From NCBI GenBank assembly GCA_018992565.1, contig JACVGW010000001.1, positions 1 through 36,711 of the forward strand: a stretch of DNA of 36,711 nt, given 5' to 3'. The notes under the pieces were generated by a model that was given only the letters and a program-made list of their open reading frames with translations, ran no database searches and was not told the origin of the DNA. The DNA comes from Theionarchaea archaeon (lineage in GTDB: Archaea; Methanobacteriota_B; Thermococci; Methanofastidiosales; SZ-28-30). A program made the position numbers and the translations under genes. Shown here piece after piece: positions 9,659 through 18,557 of this stretch (positions are counted from its first letter, which is position 1; every line of letters starts with the position of its first letter).

Positions 9659-10972
9659 TCAAATATTGTCTTTCAGAAGCTTCTTCATCAACTCTAACTT
9701 CTTTTCTCTGGCAAATCGCAGTTTATTCTTCTTCTTTAGCTCAACCTGTCGTGTAAGAAGCATCGTATCAGGCTCCAGGTTCTCATCCACCATAACATGA
9801 GATCCCACAATAGAATTAGGACCAATCCTCATGCCCGGCATGATGGAGGCGTTGATACCTGTCTTGCAGTTCTCTCCCATAATACACCCGAACTTGTCCA
9901 TTCCTGTCTCCACAGACTGTGAATTGATTTTCACCTTCACTGGTTGTTCATCAAAGCGGAAGTTGGCAGTGACTGTCCCCGATCCAAAAGAACATCCATC
10001 CAGTATGATAGAATCTCCCACATAATTGGTGTGAAACCAGCAATCAGCTCCAATGTAACAATTCTTTACCTCTGTAGAGAAGCCAACCACTGTTCGTGCT
10101 CCGATATGCGAGTAGTCTCTCACCAGAGAATTGTTGCCAATAATGCATCCAGGCCCCAAATAGGCAGGTCCATGAACAGTGGCATACTCAAAGACTCGGA
10201 CGTCCTCTTCAATTATGACCTTCCCTTTTATGGTGGCTTTTTCAGAAATCTCCGCAGTTTCTGCAACCCAGGGCTGTGCCCGGTCCATAAAGTAGCGCGT
10301 AGCTTCAAAGATGTGCCAGGGATACTTGACAGCAGTCCAGAATCCATCGTACATCACGGGCGAAAACGTGAACCCTTCCTTTATCATGGAAGTGAGTGCC
10401 TTCTCATATACGTCATCATGGGCACTTTCTGTCTTTTCCAGGAATGCAAGCAGCGTATCTGCATCCCTGTGGTAGTGTACAACCAGGTTCACCAGATCAG
10501 AGGGCTCATTCCCCTCTCCAGGTTTTTCCACAATGCCCTTGACTCTGCCCTCATCAAGTATCAAATACCCGCCTGGGAAGTATTTCTGCACTTTGTATCC
10601 CAGGATGCAAGCGTCGCTTTCACTTTCCCGCGCAGCGAACATATTGCGGTATGCAGAAGAATCAAACAGGTCATTGGGGTTGACAACAAGAATTTCATTC
10701 CCTGAGATGACATCTTTTGCAGAAAGGAGAGCATCTGCCATTCCAAGAGGATGTTTTTGCACCACGTAGTCATGGGAGTCTCCAGCAACTTCTTTAATAT
10801 CTGAAATATTCTCAGGGTTAGACACAATGACAATATCATCCACTCCTGATTCCTGAGCCAAGTCAATCTGATGCAGAATGAGTTCTTTGCCCAGGAACTT
10901 GAGCAGACACTTTTCTTTCACAATGGGAAACATCCGTTTCCCTACACCACCTGCAAGGAAGACGAGCTTCAT
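9659..10972 (-). CDS. Bifunctional sugar-1-phosphate nucleotidylyltransferase/acetyltransferase (archaeal GlmU-like)
   Basis: LAGGVGKRMFP...K and IVEKP nucleotidyltransferase motifs, followed by hexapeptide left-handed beta-helix repeats (NYVGDSII, TANFRFD, KTGINASI). ATGA overlap with the upstream mutase. Confidence 0.85.
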   Translation of the reverse strand: MKLVFLAGGVGKRMFPIVKEKCLLKFLGKELILHQIDLAQESGVDDIVIVSNPENISDIKEVAGDSHDYVVQKHPLGMADALLSAKDVISGNEILVVNPNDLFDSSAYRNMFAARESESDACILGYKVQKYFPGGYLILDEGRVKGIVEKPGEGNEPSDLVNLVVHYHRDADTLLAFLEKTESAHDDVYEKALTSMIKEGFTFSPVMYDGFWTAVKYPWHIFEATRYFMDRAQPWVAETAEISEKATIKGKVIIEEDVRVFEYATVHGPAYLGPGCIIGNNSLVRDYSHIGARTVVGFSTEVKNCYIGADCWFHTNYVGDSIILDGCSFGSGTVTANFRFDEQPVKVKINSQSVETGMDKFGCIMGENCKTGINASIMPGMRIGPNSIVGSHVMVDENLEPDTMLLTRQVELKKKNKLRFAREKKLELMKKLLKDNI

Positions 10973-12324
10973 GGATCCACCTTCTCGAGAGCTTTTTCTA
11001 CCATTTGGTTTCCTTCATTCAAAAAGGTTTCCATGGCAGATAGAGATTCGGACTCACAGAGCACTCGTATCACAGGTTCTGTTCCGCTGGGCCTGATGAG
11101 GAGCCAGGAATCATCAAATTCGATGCGAATCCCATCCAACATGTTAACATCGGAGGGAGAAAGCTCGGAGAGAGAAGACTGTACCCTTTTCATGACGCGC
11201 TCTTTCTCGTGGTTGGGGCAGCGGACGCTGGATTTGGCGAAATGCATCGTGGGCAGCGAGGCAATGAACTGTCGAATCTGAGAAGGATGATCAATATTAC
11301 TGAGCAAGAAAAGAGCAGCATACAGAGAATCAGGATGCATACCTATCTCAGGCAAGATATAAACACCGACCTGCTCTACTCCGATGCAGGCATTTTTCTC
11401 CTTCAAGAGCTGCGCAACATGGACATCTCCTACCTTTCCCCGTTCAACTGTCCCCCCTGCTTTTCCTGCGGCACAATCCAGAAGTCGCCCTGTCTCCACT
11501 GTGGTGGCCACCACCTTTCTGGAGGATTCCTTCACAACCAAATAGGAAATATAAGCTATCATCTCATTATATCCAAGAAATCCCTGATTATCACAGAATA
11601 CGACCCTGTCAGCATCTCCATCGAAACATACAGCCAGATCTCCCCCTTCATCTCTGAGGTATTGTATGGTTTCCTTCAGGGTGTCTTCCCTGGGCTCTGA
11701 AGGTCGGGTGGGAAACCTCCCATCAGGAATATCATTTACAGGCAGCACAGAGATCCCCATCTTCTCGAATAACTGCGAAGCGATGTGGGAAGCAGCCCCA
11801 TTTCCTGGATCAACTACCACCTTCAGCGAAGTATCTACTGAGATTCTACCTCTGACTGCTTCAAAATAATGAGTATGGGCATTTTCATGTTTTTTCACAT
11901 GCCCCAGACTGCTCCAGGGGACTGTCCTGAATGCTTCATCAAAATAAATCCTTTCAACTAGCTGTTCCTGCTCAACAGAATACCCAATCGTTGAAGGATT
12001 CCAGAGTTTGACCCCATTGAACTCAGGGGGGTTGTGAGAAGCAGTGATCATCATGCCAGAATCCATTTTCAGTTCTCTTGTCAGGTAAGCCAGACAAGGT
12101 GTTGGTAATATCCCCAGATCTACCACATTCACGCCTGTTGAGAGAACTCCAGCAGTCAAGCTGCTCTTGATCATGTCCCTCGACAGCCGGGGATCGCTTG
12201 CTACACACACCTGAGAACCTACAGGGATTGTTGTACCCACAGCTTTCCCAAGATTCAACATACTCTCACTGGTGATCTCTTCATTGATCACTCCCCTCAC
12301 TCCGCTGGTGCCAAATAGCCTCAT
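10969..12324 (-). CDS. glmM: Phosphoglucosamine mutase / phosphohexomutase (GlmM/PMM family)
   Basis: RLFGTSGVRG, TASHNP (phosphoserine), FDGDADR (metal site), IRPSGTEP. Exact sugar specificity cannot be determined from the sequence. Confidence 0.8.
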   Translation of the reverse strand: MRLFGTSGVRGVINEEITSESMLNLGKAVGTTIPVGSQVCVASDPRLSRDMIKSSLTAGVLSTGVNVVDLGILPTPCLAYLTRELKMDSGMMITASHNPPEFNGVKLWNPSTIGYSVEQEQLVERIYFDEAFRTVPWSSLGHVKKHENAHTHYFEAVRGRISVDTSLKVVVDPGNGAASHIASQLFEKMGISVLPVNDIPDGRFPTRPSEPREDTLKETIQYLRDEGGDLAVCFDGDADRVVFCDNQGFLGYNEMIAYISYLVVKESSRKVVATTVETGRLLDCAAGKAGGTVERGKVGDVHVAQLLKEKNACIGVEQVGVYILPEIGMHPDSLYAALFLLSNIDHPSQIRQFIASLPTMHFAKSSVRCPNHEKERVMKRVQSSLSELSPSDVNMLDGIRIEFDDSWLLIRPSGTEPVIRVLCESESLSAMETFLNEGNQMVEKALEKVDP

Positions 12325-12332
12325 GATACCAC

Positions 12333-14741
12333 CTAATCTTCTTCTTTTTTCACCACAGTGACAGCACTGACCAGATCATTATTCTCCAGAGTCATGGCGA
12401 TAACACCCTGGGTGGCCCTTCCCATCACTCGCATCCCTTTTGCAGGAATGCGGATGAGTTTTCCCTGCTGGGAGATGATCATGACTCCGTCTTCACTGAT
12501 GACAGCCCTCATGCCGGCAATACTACCGGTTCGTGGGGTAACCTTCATACACACGACACCTTTCCCTCCCCTATGCTGTACTGAATACTCAGAGAATTCC
12601 GTTCTCTTGGCATATCCCTTCTCTGTCACGGTCAGCACGCTGCCTTCCTGCGGTATGGTGACCATTCCCACCACAGCGTCCCCATGCTTCAATGTGATCC
12701 CTCGTACTCCCTGTGTATTCCGCCCCATGGGGCGCACATCTTTTTCATGGAACCTGATTGCCTTTCCTTTCCGGGTGGCAATGAACACCTCCTGCGTTCC
12801 ATCAGTACGAATAACAGTGATCAACTCATCATCCCTGAGCTGGATGGCAATGATCCCACTGGGACGAGGGTTGCCAAATTCGCTGAGAGCAACCTTCTTT
12901 ATCATACCTTCTCTGGTTACCATCAGCAGATATTCATCTTCAGGAAAGTCATCCACGGAAATGGCAGCAGTCACTTTCTCGTCTGAAATCTTCAGCAAGT
13001 TGATCAGTGGTTTTCCTCTGGCTGTACGTGAAGATGTGGGAACCTGGTACGCTTTCAACCAATAGATCTTTCCTCTGTCAGTGAAGAACAAAACATAATC
13101 ATGAGTGGAAGCTATGAACAGGTGGTCCACAAAGTCCTCTTCCTTTGTGTCAATGCCAATGACACCTTTGCCTCCTCGACGCTGCCGGCGATACTCATCG
13201 ATAGCAGTCCTCTTAATGTATCCATCGCGGGTAATGGTGATTACTACATCTTCTTCAGAAATCAGATCCTCCATGGTAAGAACGGCCCTTTCCTCCACAA
13301 GCTCTGATCTCCTCTCATCTCCGTAGTTCTCTTTGAGCTCCAGCAATTCCCCTTTAATAATTTCCAGTATCTCCGCACGACTGGCAAGGATGCTTTCCAG
13401 TCTGTGTATCTCGCTCAGCGTATCTTCAAGATCCCGGCGTAGGTTCTCACGTTCCAGCCCCACCAATCGCTGCAATCGCATATCCAGTATGGCTTTTGCC
13501 TGCTTTTCGCTGAGGTCGAATCGAGATTGAAGTGCTTCTCTGGCTTCCTCCACCTTTTCTGACTGCCGTATGATCGTAATGACTTCATCAATATTGTCCA
13601 GGGCAATAAGCAGCCCCTCCAGGATGTGAGCTTTTTCCCTGGCCTTCTTCAGATCAAATTCAGTTCTCTTTGTGATGACCTGCACTCGATATTCAATATA
13701 GTGGGTCAACATCTCCTTCAGTGAGAGGACTCTTGGTTCTCCTTCCACCAGGGCAAGCATGATGATGCCAAACGTGGTCTGTAGCTGGGTATGTTTGAAC
13801 AATTGGTTCAGGACGATTTCAGGTGCATAATCTCTGTGCACTTCAATGATGATGCGCATTCCCTCACGGTCAGATTCATCCCTCAGATCTGCTATCCCTT
13901 CAATTTTCTTTCCTCTCACCAGAACAGCAATGTCTTCTATGAGTTTTGACTTATTAACCTGGTAGGGGATTTCGGTAATGACTATTCGATTGACCCCATT
14001 CTTCTCAGAAATGTCAGTTCTGGCCCGCAGAGTCAGTTTCCCTTTTCCACTGCGGTACGCTTTCTCAATGCCGTATCTCCCATAGATCAATCCCCCTGTG
14101 GGAAAATCTGGTGCCTTTACTACCTTCATTAACCGAGTTATTGATACATCAGGGTTGTCCACCATCATAATCAACGCATCAACCACTTCACTCAAATTGT
14201 GAGGAGGAATGTTCGTTGCCATTCCTACCGCAATTCCTGAACTTCCATTTACCAGCAAGTTTGGAAGTTTCCCAGGAAGCACAAGAGGTTCTGTAAGGCT
14301 ATCATCAAAATTGGGCACAAACTCCACAGTCTCCTTATCAATATCTGCCAAAAGCTCTTGAGCTATGGGTGCCATCTTGACTTCAGTGTAGCGCATGGCC
14401 GCAGCAGAATCACCATCTACACTGCCGAAGTTGCCCTGCCCGAAAACAAGAGGATATCGCAGGCTGAAATTCTGGACCATTCGGACTAGTGAATCGTAGA
14501 CAGCCGCCTCTCCATGGGGGTGGTACTTACCCAGGACTTCTCCCACAACGCGTGCAGATTTCCGAGTAGGCTTGTCTGCAGTAAGGCCCATCCGTTCCAT
14601 TGCATACAAAATCCGCCGGTGAACTGGCTTCAGTCCATCCCTGACATCAGGAAGTGCACGACCCACAATAATAGACATAGCATAATCAATGTACGACTCC
14701 TTCATCTCTCGTTCTAAGGTCGTTTCAATAACATTGGGCAT
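12333..14741 (-). CDS. gyrA: DNA gyrase subunit A
   Basis: RALPDVRDGLKPVHRR, YHPHG, active-site AAMRYTE, GyrA-box QRRGGKG, C-terminal beta-pinwheel repeats. TATA tttaaat at 14764-14770 (minus strand), likely leaderless. Confidence 0.97.
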   Translation of the reverse strand: MPNVIETTLEREMKESYIDYAMSIIVGRALPDVRDGLKPVHRRILYAMERMGLTADKPTRKSARVVGEVLGKYHPHGEAAVYDSLVRMVQNFSLRYPLVFGQGNFGSVDGDSAAAMRYTEVKMAPIAQELLADIDKETVEFVPNFDDSLTEPLVLPGKLPNLLVNGSSGIAVGMATNIPPHNLSEVVDALIMMVDNPDVSITRLMKVVKAPDFPTGGLIYGRYGIEKAYRSGKGKLTLRARTDISEKNGVNRIVITEIPYQVNKSKLIEDIAVLVRGKKIEGIADLRDESDREGMRIIIEVHRDYAPEIVLNQLFKHTQLQTTFGIIMLALVEGEPRVLSLKEMLTHYIEYRVQVITKRTEFDLKKAREKAHILEGLLIALDNIDEVITIIRQSEKVEEAREALQSRFDLSEKQAKAILDMRLQRLVGLERENLRRDLEDTLSEIHRLESILASRAEILEIIKGELLELKENYGDERRSELVEERAVLTMEDLISEEDVVITITRDGYIKRTAIDEYRRQRRGGKGVIGIDTKEEDFVDHLFIASTHDYVLFFTDRGKIYWLKAYQVPTSSRTARGKPLINLLKISDEKVTAAISVDDFPEDEYLLMVTREGMIKKVALSEFGNPRPSGIIAIQLRDDELITVIRTDGTQEVFIATRKGKAIRFHEKDVRPMGRNTQGVRGITLKHGDAVVGMVTIPQEGSVLTVTEKGYAKRTEFSEYSVQHRGGKGVVCMKVTPRTGSIAGMRAVISEDGVMIISQQGKLIRIPAKGMRVMGRATQGVIAMTLENNDLVSAVTVVKKEED

Positions 14742-14902
14742 GAAATTTCATGCTTTTGTTACCATTTAAAGCTTTTCAGAATGCAGGCAGAACTTCCACT
14801 GGCAACACAGGTGGCAATACACCACACTCCTCGTTGATAGTAATACACATCCAACAAGGTGAGAACGTCACCTTCAAGATGCACTATAGTCAGATTCTAT
14901 GT

Positions 14903-14926
14903 AAAAGAGAAGGGGTACACCCCTTC
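14903..14926 (-). terminator. Hairpin plus U-tract terminator after the 81-aa gene
   Basis: Minus strand gaagggg-tgta-ccccttc followed by tctttt, starting just after the stop at 14929. Confidence 0.6.
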
Positions 14927-14928
14927 CA

Positions 14929-15174
14929 TCATGGAAATCCTGCACCTATCAATCGATCATCTCTGTCCTTGAGTTTTCGATACTCTTTCCACTGGGATTC
15001 CGTTATGATATAGAGCTCCCTCTTATCATAAGTGGGCTTGATTATCTTTATCAGGCCTTTGTTGACGTACTCCGCCACGATGTATTCCTTTGCTTGTTCC
15101 AGATACTTCACTTCGCCTCTCAAAACGCAGGCGAAGTTGAATAGTTCTGAAAGATATTCTTTCTGGTCTTCCAT
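14929..15174 (-). CDS. Small hypothetical protein (81 aa)
   Basis: SD ggggtga upstream, TATA tttataa at ~15237-15243 (minus strand), terminator downstream, natural composition. Confidence 0.75.
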   Translation of the reverse strand: MEDQKEYLSELFNFACVLRGEVKYLEQAKEYIVAEYVNKGLIKIIKPTYDKRELYIITESQWKEYRKLKDRDDRLIGAGFP

Positions 15175-15347
15175 CTTACTTCACCCCATTGTTCCAATGA
15201 AGCGGAATTGGGACATCCTTCATAATTTGTTAATGCTTATAAATGTTGCGTTATATCTCCCAAAAAGCGCACAGTATGTATAAGAAAGGACATCAATCAT
15301 GTCAAGGAGTAGAAAATAGCAGAGGATGAGTAAACAAACATTCAAAT

Positions 15348-16037
15348 CTAGGGCTCCAATTGAGAAGCGAGCAGAGCTCCAATAAATGAATGAGCTTCCT
15401 CAAGTGAGGACACCTGGGGGTCCCACTGGCCATACTCTCCCTCTACAAGCAGGGTAGGAAGTCCCAGAACTTGCGCTCCTTCCAGATCTACCTGAGGTTT
15501 ATCTCCCACCATGAGGACTTCCTCGGGTTGAAGGTTAAGTTTTTCCAGTATGAGGCAGTATGGCTGAGGAAAGGGCTTGCATTGTTCTGTGTCCTCTCCT
15601 GCGATTACTATCAGATCAAAATAGCGGAGCAAAGGAAGAGAACTGATTCTCCTTCTCTTTGAATGGCTTTCGCCATCATAATCAGTGAGCAGTGCCAGCC
15701 GCACACTTGGGCTTAGAGAAGCGAGCAGAGATTCTGCATGCGGCTTTATACAGGTAGTGGAGGTGACTGAGTCCCAGTACAGGTCAGTCAAGCGCTGCTT
15801 CTGCGACAGTTCGAGATCAACACCGAATTCTTCCCACCACCTGTTGCGGTCATAAACGCCCTCGATGTTGAACCTGTAGTGAATTTCTTCCATCCTTCGA
15901 ACAGCTTCTACATATCCAGCACCATATGCCACCAGCTCTTCGCAGACTCTTTTCTTGGCCAATGCAAGATCACAGTCAGTGAGAGTCCCATCCAGATCAA
16001 AAATCACTGCCCTGAGCATATGTTCACAAAAGGTCAC
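15348..16037 (-). CDS. HAD-superfamily hydrolase (subfamily IA)
   Basis: FDLDGTL motif I, KP motif III, MVGDKPQVDLEGA motif IV. Confidence 0.9.
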   Translation of the reverse strand: MTFCEHMLRAVIFDLDGTLTDCDLALAKKRVCEELVAYGAGYVEAVRRMEEIHYRFNIEGVYDRNRWWEEFGVDLELSQKQRLTDLYWDSVTSTTCIKPHAESLLASLSPSVRLALLTDYDGESHSKRRRISSLPLLRYFDLIVIAGEDTEQCKPFPQPYCLILEKLNLQPEEVLMVGDKPQVDLEGAQVLGLPTLLVEGEYGQWDPQVSSLEEAHSFIGALLASQLEP

Positions 16038-16261
16038 GTTCTGTGCATTCTCTTTTCAAGTTTGTCCGTTTCAGATTCTTCTTCTTTCTTCTGCCAGCAG
16101 ATTATACCATTTTTCTCAATACTTTCAATCTTTCCCTCCTCTGCCAGCCTCAATAAATTCTTTCTGACTTCAAATACCTTTGTCCCTGTCTTTTCAGCCA
16201 CTTCCGCCGTAGAAAGCGGAGAATCTGCTTCTTCCAGGATCTGCTCAATTTTCTGATACAT
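16034..16261 (-). CDS. Small winged-helix DNA-binding protein
   Basis: IEQILEEA..PLSTAEVAEKTG....VRKNLLRLAEEGKI wHTH pattern. Translationally coupled to the genes on both sides. Confidence 0.75.
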   Translation of the reverse strand: MYQKIEQILEEADSPLSTAEVAEKTGTKVFEVRKNLLRLAEEGKIESIEKNGIICWQKKEEESETDKLEKRMHRT

Positions 16262-16525
16262 TCAAATCAACTCCTTGATAAGATGAAGGCACCTCAGAAT
16301 GTGTTCAATCTCATTTAAGTCTTTGGTTTCACCCAATCGGTCTAGAAGCTCTGCTCTCTTCAGATGAAGGGCAGCATCTGTTGTGGGCTGAGAGGATCCT
16401 TCCTCTTCTTCAGTGCAATTGGCGCAGATGGTCTTCCCATCCTTTTCAAACAATGGATAACCACACTTCTCGCAATGTCGGGAGGTCATCCTTGCTCCGC
16501 TCAGGAGTAATTGTGAAATATCCAT
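16262..16525 (-). CDS. UPF0148 / autoantigen-p27 (SSSCA1/ZNRD2-like) zinc-ribbon protein
   Basis: LLLSGARMTSRHCEKCGYPLFEKDGKTICANC signature. TATA tttaaat at ~16546-16552 (minus strand). Confidence 0.85.
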   Translation of the reverse strand: MDISQLLLSGARMTSRHCEKCGYPLFEKDGKTICANCTEEEEGSSQPTTDAALHLKRAELLDRLGETKDLNEIEHILRCLHLIKELI

Positions 16526-16713
16526 ATGTGGTCAGTGGGTAGCACATTTAAAAGACTATCCTAGATGGATGACTCTCCACCATCTTTGAATCAAGAACTC
16601 AAAGAAGAAAAAATAAGCTCGAGTAGGGACTTTTACCCGAACTCTTGCATCTCCAGGACTGGCCTTGGAATGACTAAACAGGATGCTCATCTGATTCTTG
16701 TGGCAGGTGCTGT

Positions 16714-16899
16714 TCACGCTTTTACCGCATGCACTCCCTGCAGCACGTTGGAATTTGCTTCTGCAGAAATCTGACATTTGTCGTCAGCCTGCTTGACATT
16801 CCTAACACTCTGAGCGATTCTCCAGTTCTCTGCCTCTTTCTGGAAGTCCAGCATTCTCTGCTTTCCAATCTCATATGAGATCATCAGGAATCCATTCAT
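16714..16899 (-). CDS. Small hypothetical protein (61 aa)
   Basis: Strong SD aggaggtg upstream of the ATG. BRE-TATA aaaagtttataaa at ~16978-16991 (minus strand). Amphipathic helix KQRMLDFQKEAENWRIAQ. Confidence 0.65.
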   Translation of the reverse strand: MNGFLMISYEIGKQRMLDFQKEAENWRIAQSVRNVKQADDKCQISAEANSNVLQGVHAVKA

Positions 16900-17197
16900 A
16901 TTTTCACACCTCCTGAGATTTTTATCTCGATGAGTTTATATTACTATGCAATGTTAATAATGACTGGCCATGTTTATGTTTATAAACTTTTCTATTGACA
17001 TATGTAAAAGGCATTTTTATCTCATCCATCAGGATATAACAGGCAAAAAAGACTGAGTTCTAGTGCGGCACAAGTATTATAGTCCTATAATATTAACATT
17101 GAGTGCGCTTATTATCTTTCCAAGCTCATAGAAGATGTTCATGTTTATAACATCTTTCGATGCAAACATTTATATACTGTTAAGGCGAAGTAGTATC

Positions 17198-17788
17198 ATG
17201 AGAAAGCAGGAAATGGTCAAGGTTGTCAAAGACCCAAAAGTCATTAACTCACTTAGTAACCCCAACTTCCATCGTATTCTCAACATAATGAGACAGGGGG
17301 AACTTAACGTAAAAGAAATTCACAAGCTATTTAATAAGGAGTATGAAGACAAGAAAACCCTGACATCAATATACCGTTACATGGACGCGCTTCTTGAGCA
17401 GGATCTGGTATTTGTTAGCCGGGAAGAGCTGAAACGGGGACACCTGGTGGAGCGATATTATTCCAGGACAGCGAGGTTCTTCCTCTTTGAAGACATCTCC
17501 GATGAAAACCTTATCAATGCAACATCTGATCTCTTCCAGCGAATCCACCATATTGACGACGAAGAAGCCCGAGAACTGAGAAGATTGATACAGGAAAGCG
17601 AAGAAAGCATGAGCAAACAGGCACAGGCGTTCTATGAGGCCAATGGTGACGAAGTGCTGGACTTGGAAAAGGTATTTGGATTCGAGGCAGCCCGTGCTGC
17701 AACCAAGACACTGATGCAATTCACGTTCTTCAGCAAAAACCCTGAAATAATAGAAAAAATCGGCAAAATAGTGAAGAAAAAGCTCTGA
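17198..17788 (+). CDS. ArsR-like winged-helix transcriptional regulator
   Basis: DPKVINSLSNP..RILNIM...LNVKEI...SIYRYMDALLEQDLV...ERYYSRTA. TATA tttatata at 17169-17176 favours a leaderless start at 17198 over 17135. Confidence 0.8.
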   Translation: MRKQEMVKVVKDPKVINSLSNPNFHRILNIMRQGELNVKEIHKLFNKEYEDKKTLTSIYRYMDALLEQDLVFVSREELKRGHLVERYYSRTARFFLFEDISDENLINATSDLFQRIHHIDDEEARELRRLIQESEESMSKQAQAFYEANGDEVLDLEKVFGFEAARAATKTLMQFTFFSKNPEIIEKIGKIVKKKL

Positions 17789-17826
17789 GTCTTATTGACT
17801 AGAAAGTCATGCTTGGGAAAGATGGG

Positions 17827-18351
17827 TCACTTGTGAGACACAACCCTGGGCTCTTTCCACTCTTCTCGCAGGATGCTGTACATAACTCCATCATGCCATC
17901 TGCCTCTGTTAAATACCGACTTTCTTATTACCCCTTCTTTGGTAAATCCAGCTTTCTCCAGCACTTTCTGGGATGCTGCATTTTCAGGGCTAGCTTCCGC
18001 CTGAACCCTCACTATGTCCTTTGAAAGAAACAAGAAGTCCACCAGTATCTTGACAGCTTCGGTGCAGTAGCCTTTTCCACGTTCTTGAGGAGACACGCAG
18101 TATCCAACAGAAAAATGTGGGCCCTGTGGGGTACACATTATCTGGCCAATCTTGGCTCCATCTTTCTTTTCAATAATGAACCACTTTTCATCAGAGCTCA
18201 ATCCTTCATACCACTTCTCCATGTCACGGAGGGAATTCTGTTCAAGGGGCTCAAACTCGCCGCCAAACTGGAGGTCATTGCTCCATGTTGTGGCCAACGG
18301 TAAGTCCTCTTTTTCCAAGACTCGTAGGTTGACAGTGACACCTTTTAGCAT
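17827..18351 (-). CDS. GNAT N-acetyltransferase, RimJ/RimL family
   Basis: RGKGYCTEAV, ENAASQKVLEKAGFTKEG, YSILREEW. SD ggtga before ATG 18351. Confidence 0.9.
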   Translation of the reverse strand: MLKGVTVNLRVLEKEDLPLATTWSNDLQFGGEFEPLEQNSLRDMEKWYEGLSSDEKWFIIEKKDGAKIGQIMCTPQGPHFSVGYCVSPQERGKGYCTEAVKILVDFLFLSKDIVRVQAEASPENAASQKVLEKAGFTKEGVIRKSVFNRGRWHDGVMYSILREEWKEPRVVSHK

Positions 18352-18557
18352 TCTATCACCGTTTGGCAATCATATTCAATCTAGCTTATAAAATCTTTCA
18401 TGGATCGCTGGTAAGAGGACTCTCCTGATGGGTTGAGACCTTCTCGCCCAGCTGGTCAAGCTACGGAACAGAAAATGATGAAGGATACCTTATAGTCCTG
18501 GGTGATTGAGCAGCACTTGCACGAAAAGAGTTATAATCTATGTCTATATTACAGGTC

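Noticed and set aside
12358..13065. Long antisense ORFs (e.g. 235 aa here, 253 aa at 9944, 198 aa at 28621, 181 aa at 5197)
   Set aside because: Shadow frames of well-supported genes on the opposite strand.
14776..14874. 24-aa minus ORF MCITINEECGVLPPVLPVEVLPAF with upstream hairpin aaggtga/tcacctt, faintly ferredoxin-like
   Set aside because: Too short, lacks CxxCxxC, and has no clear promoter.
16565..16777. 69-aa plus and 73-aa minus ORFs
   Set aside because: They overlap the better-supported 61-aa gene and its T-rich downstream region, and have no SD or promoter.
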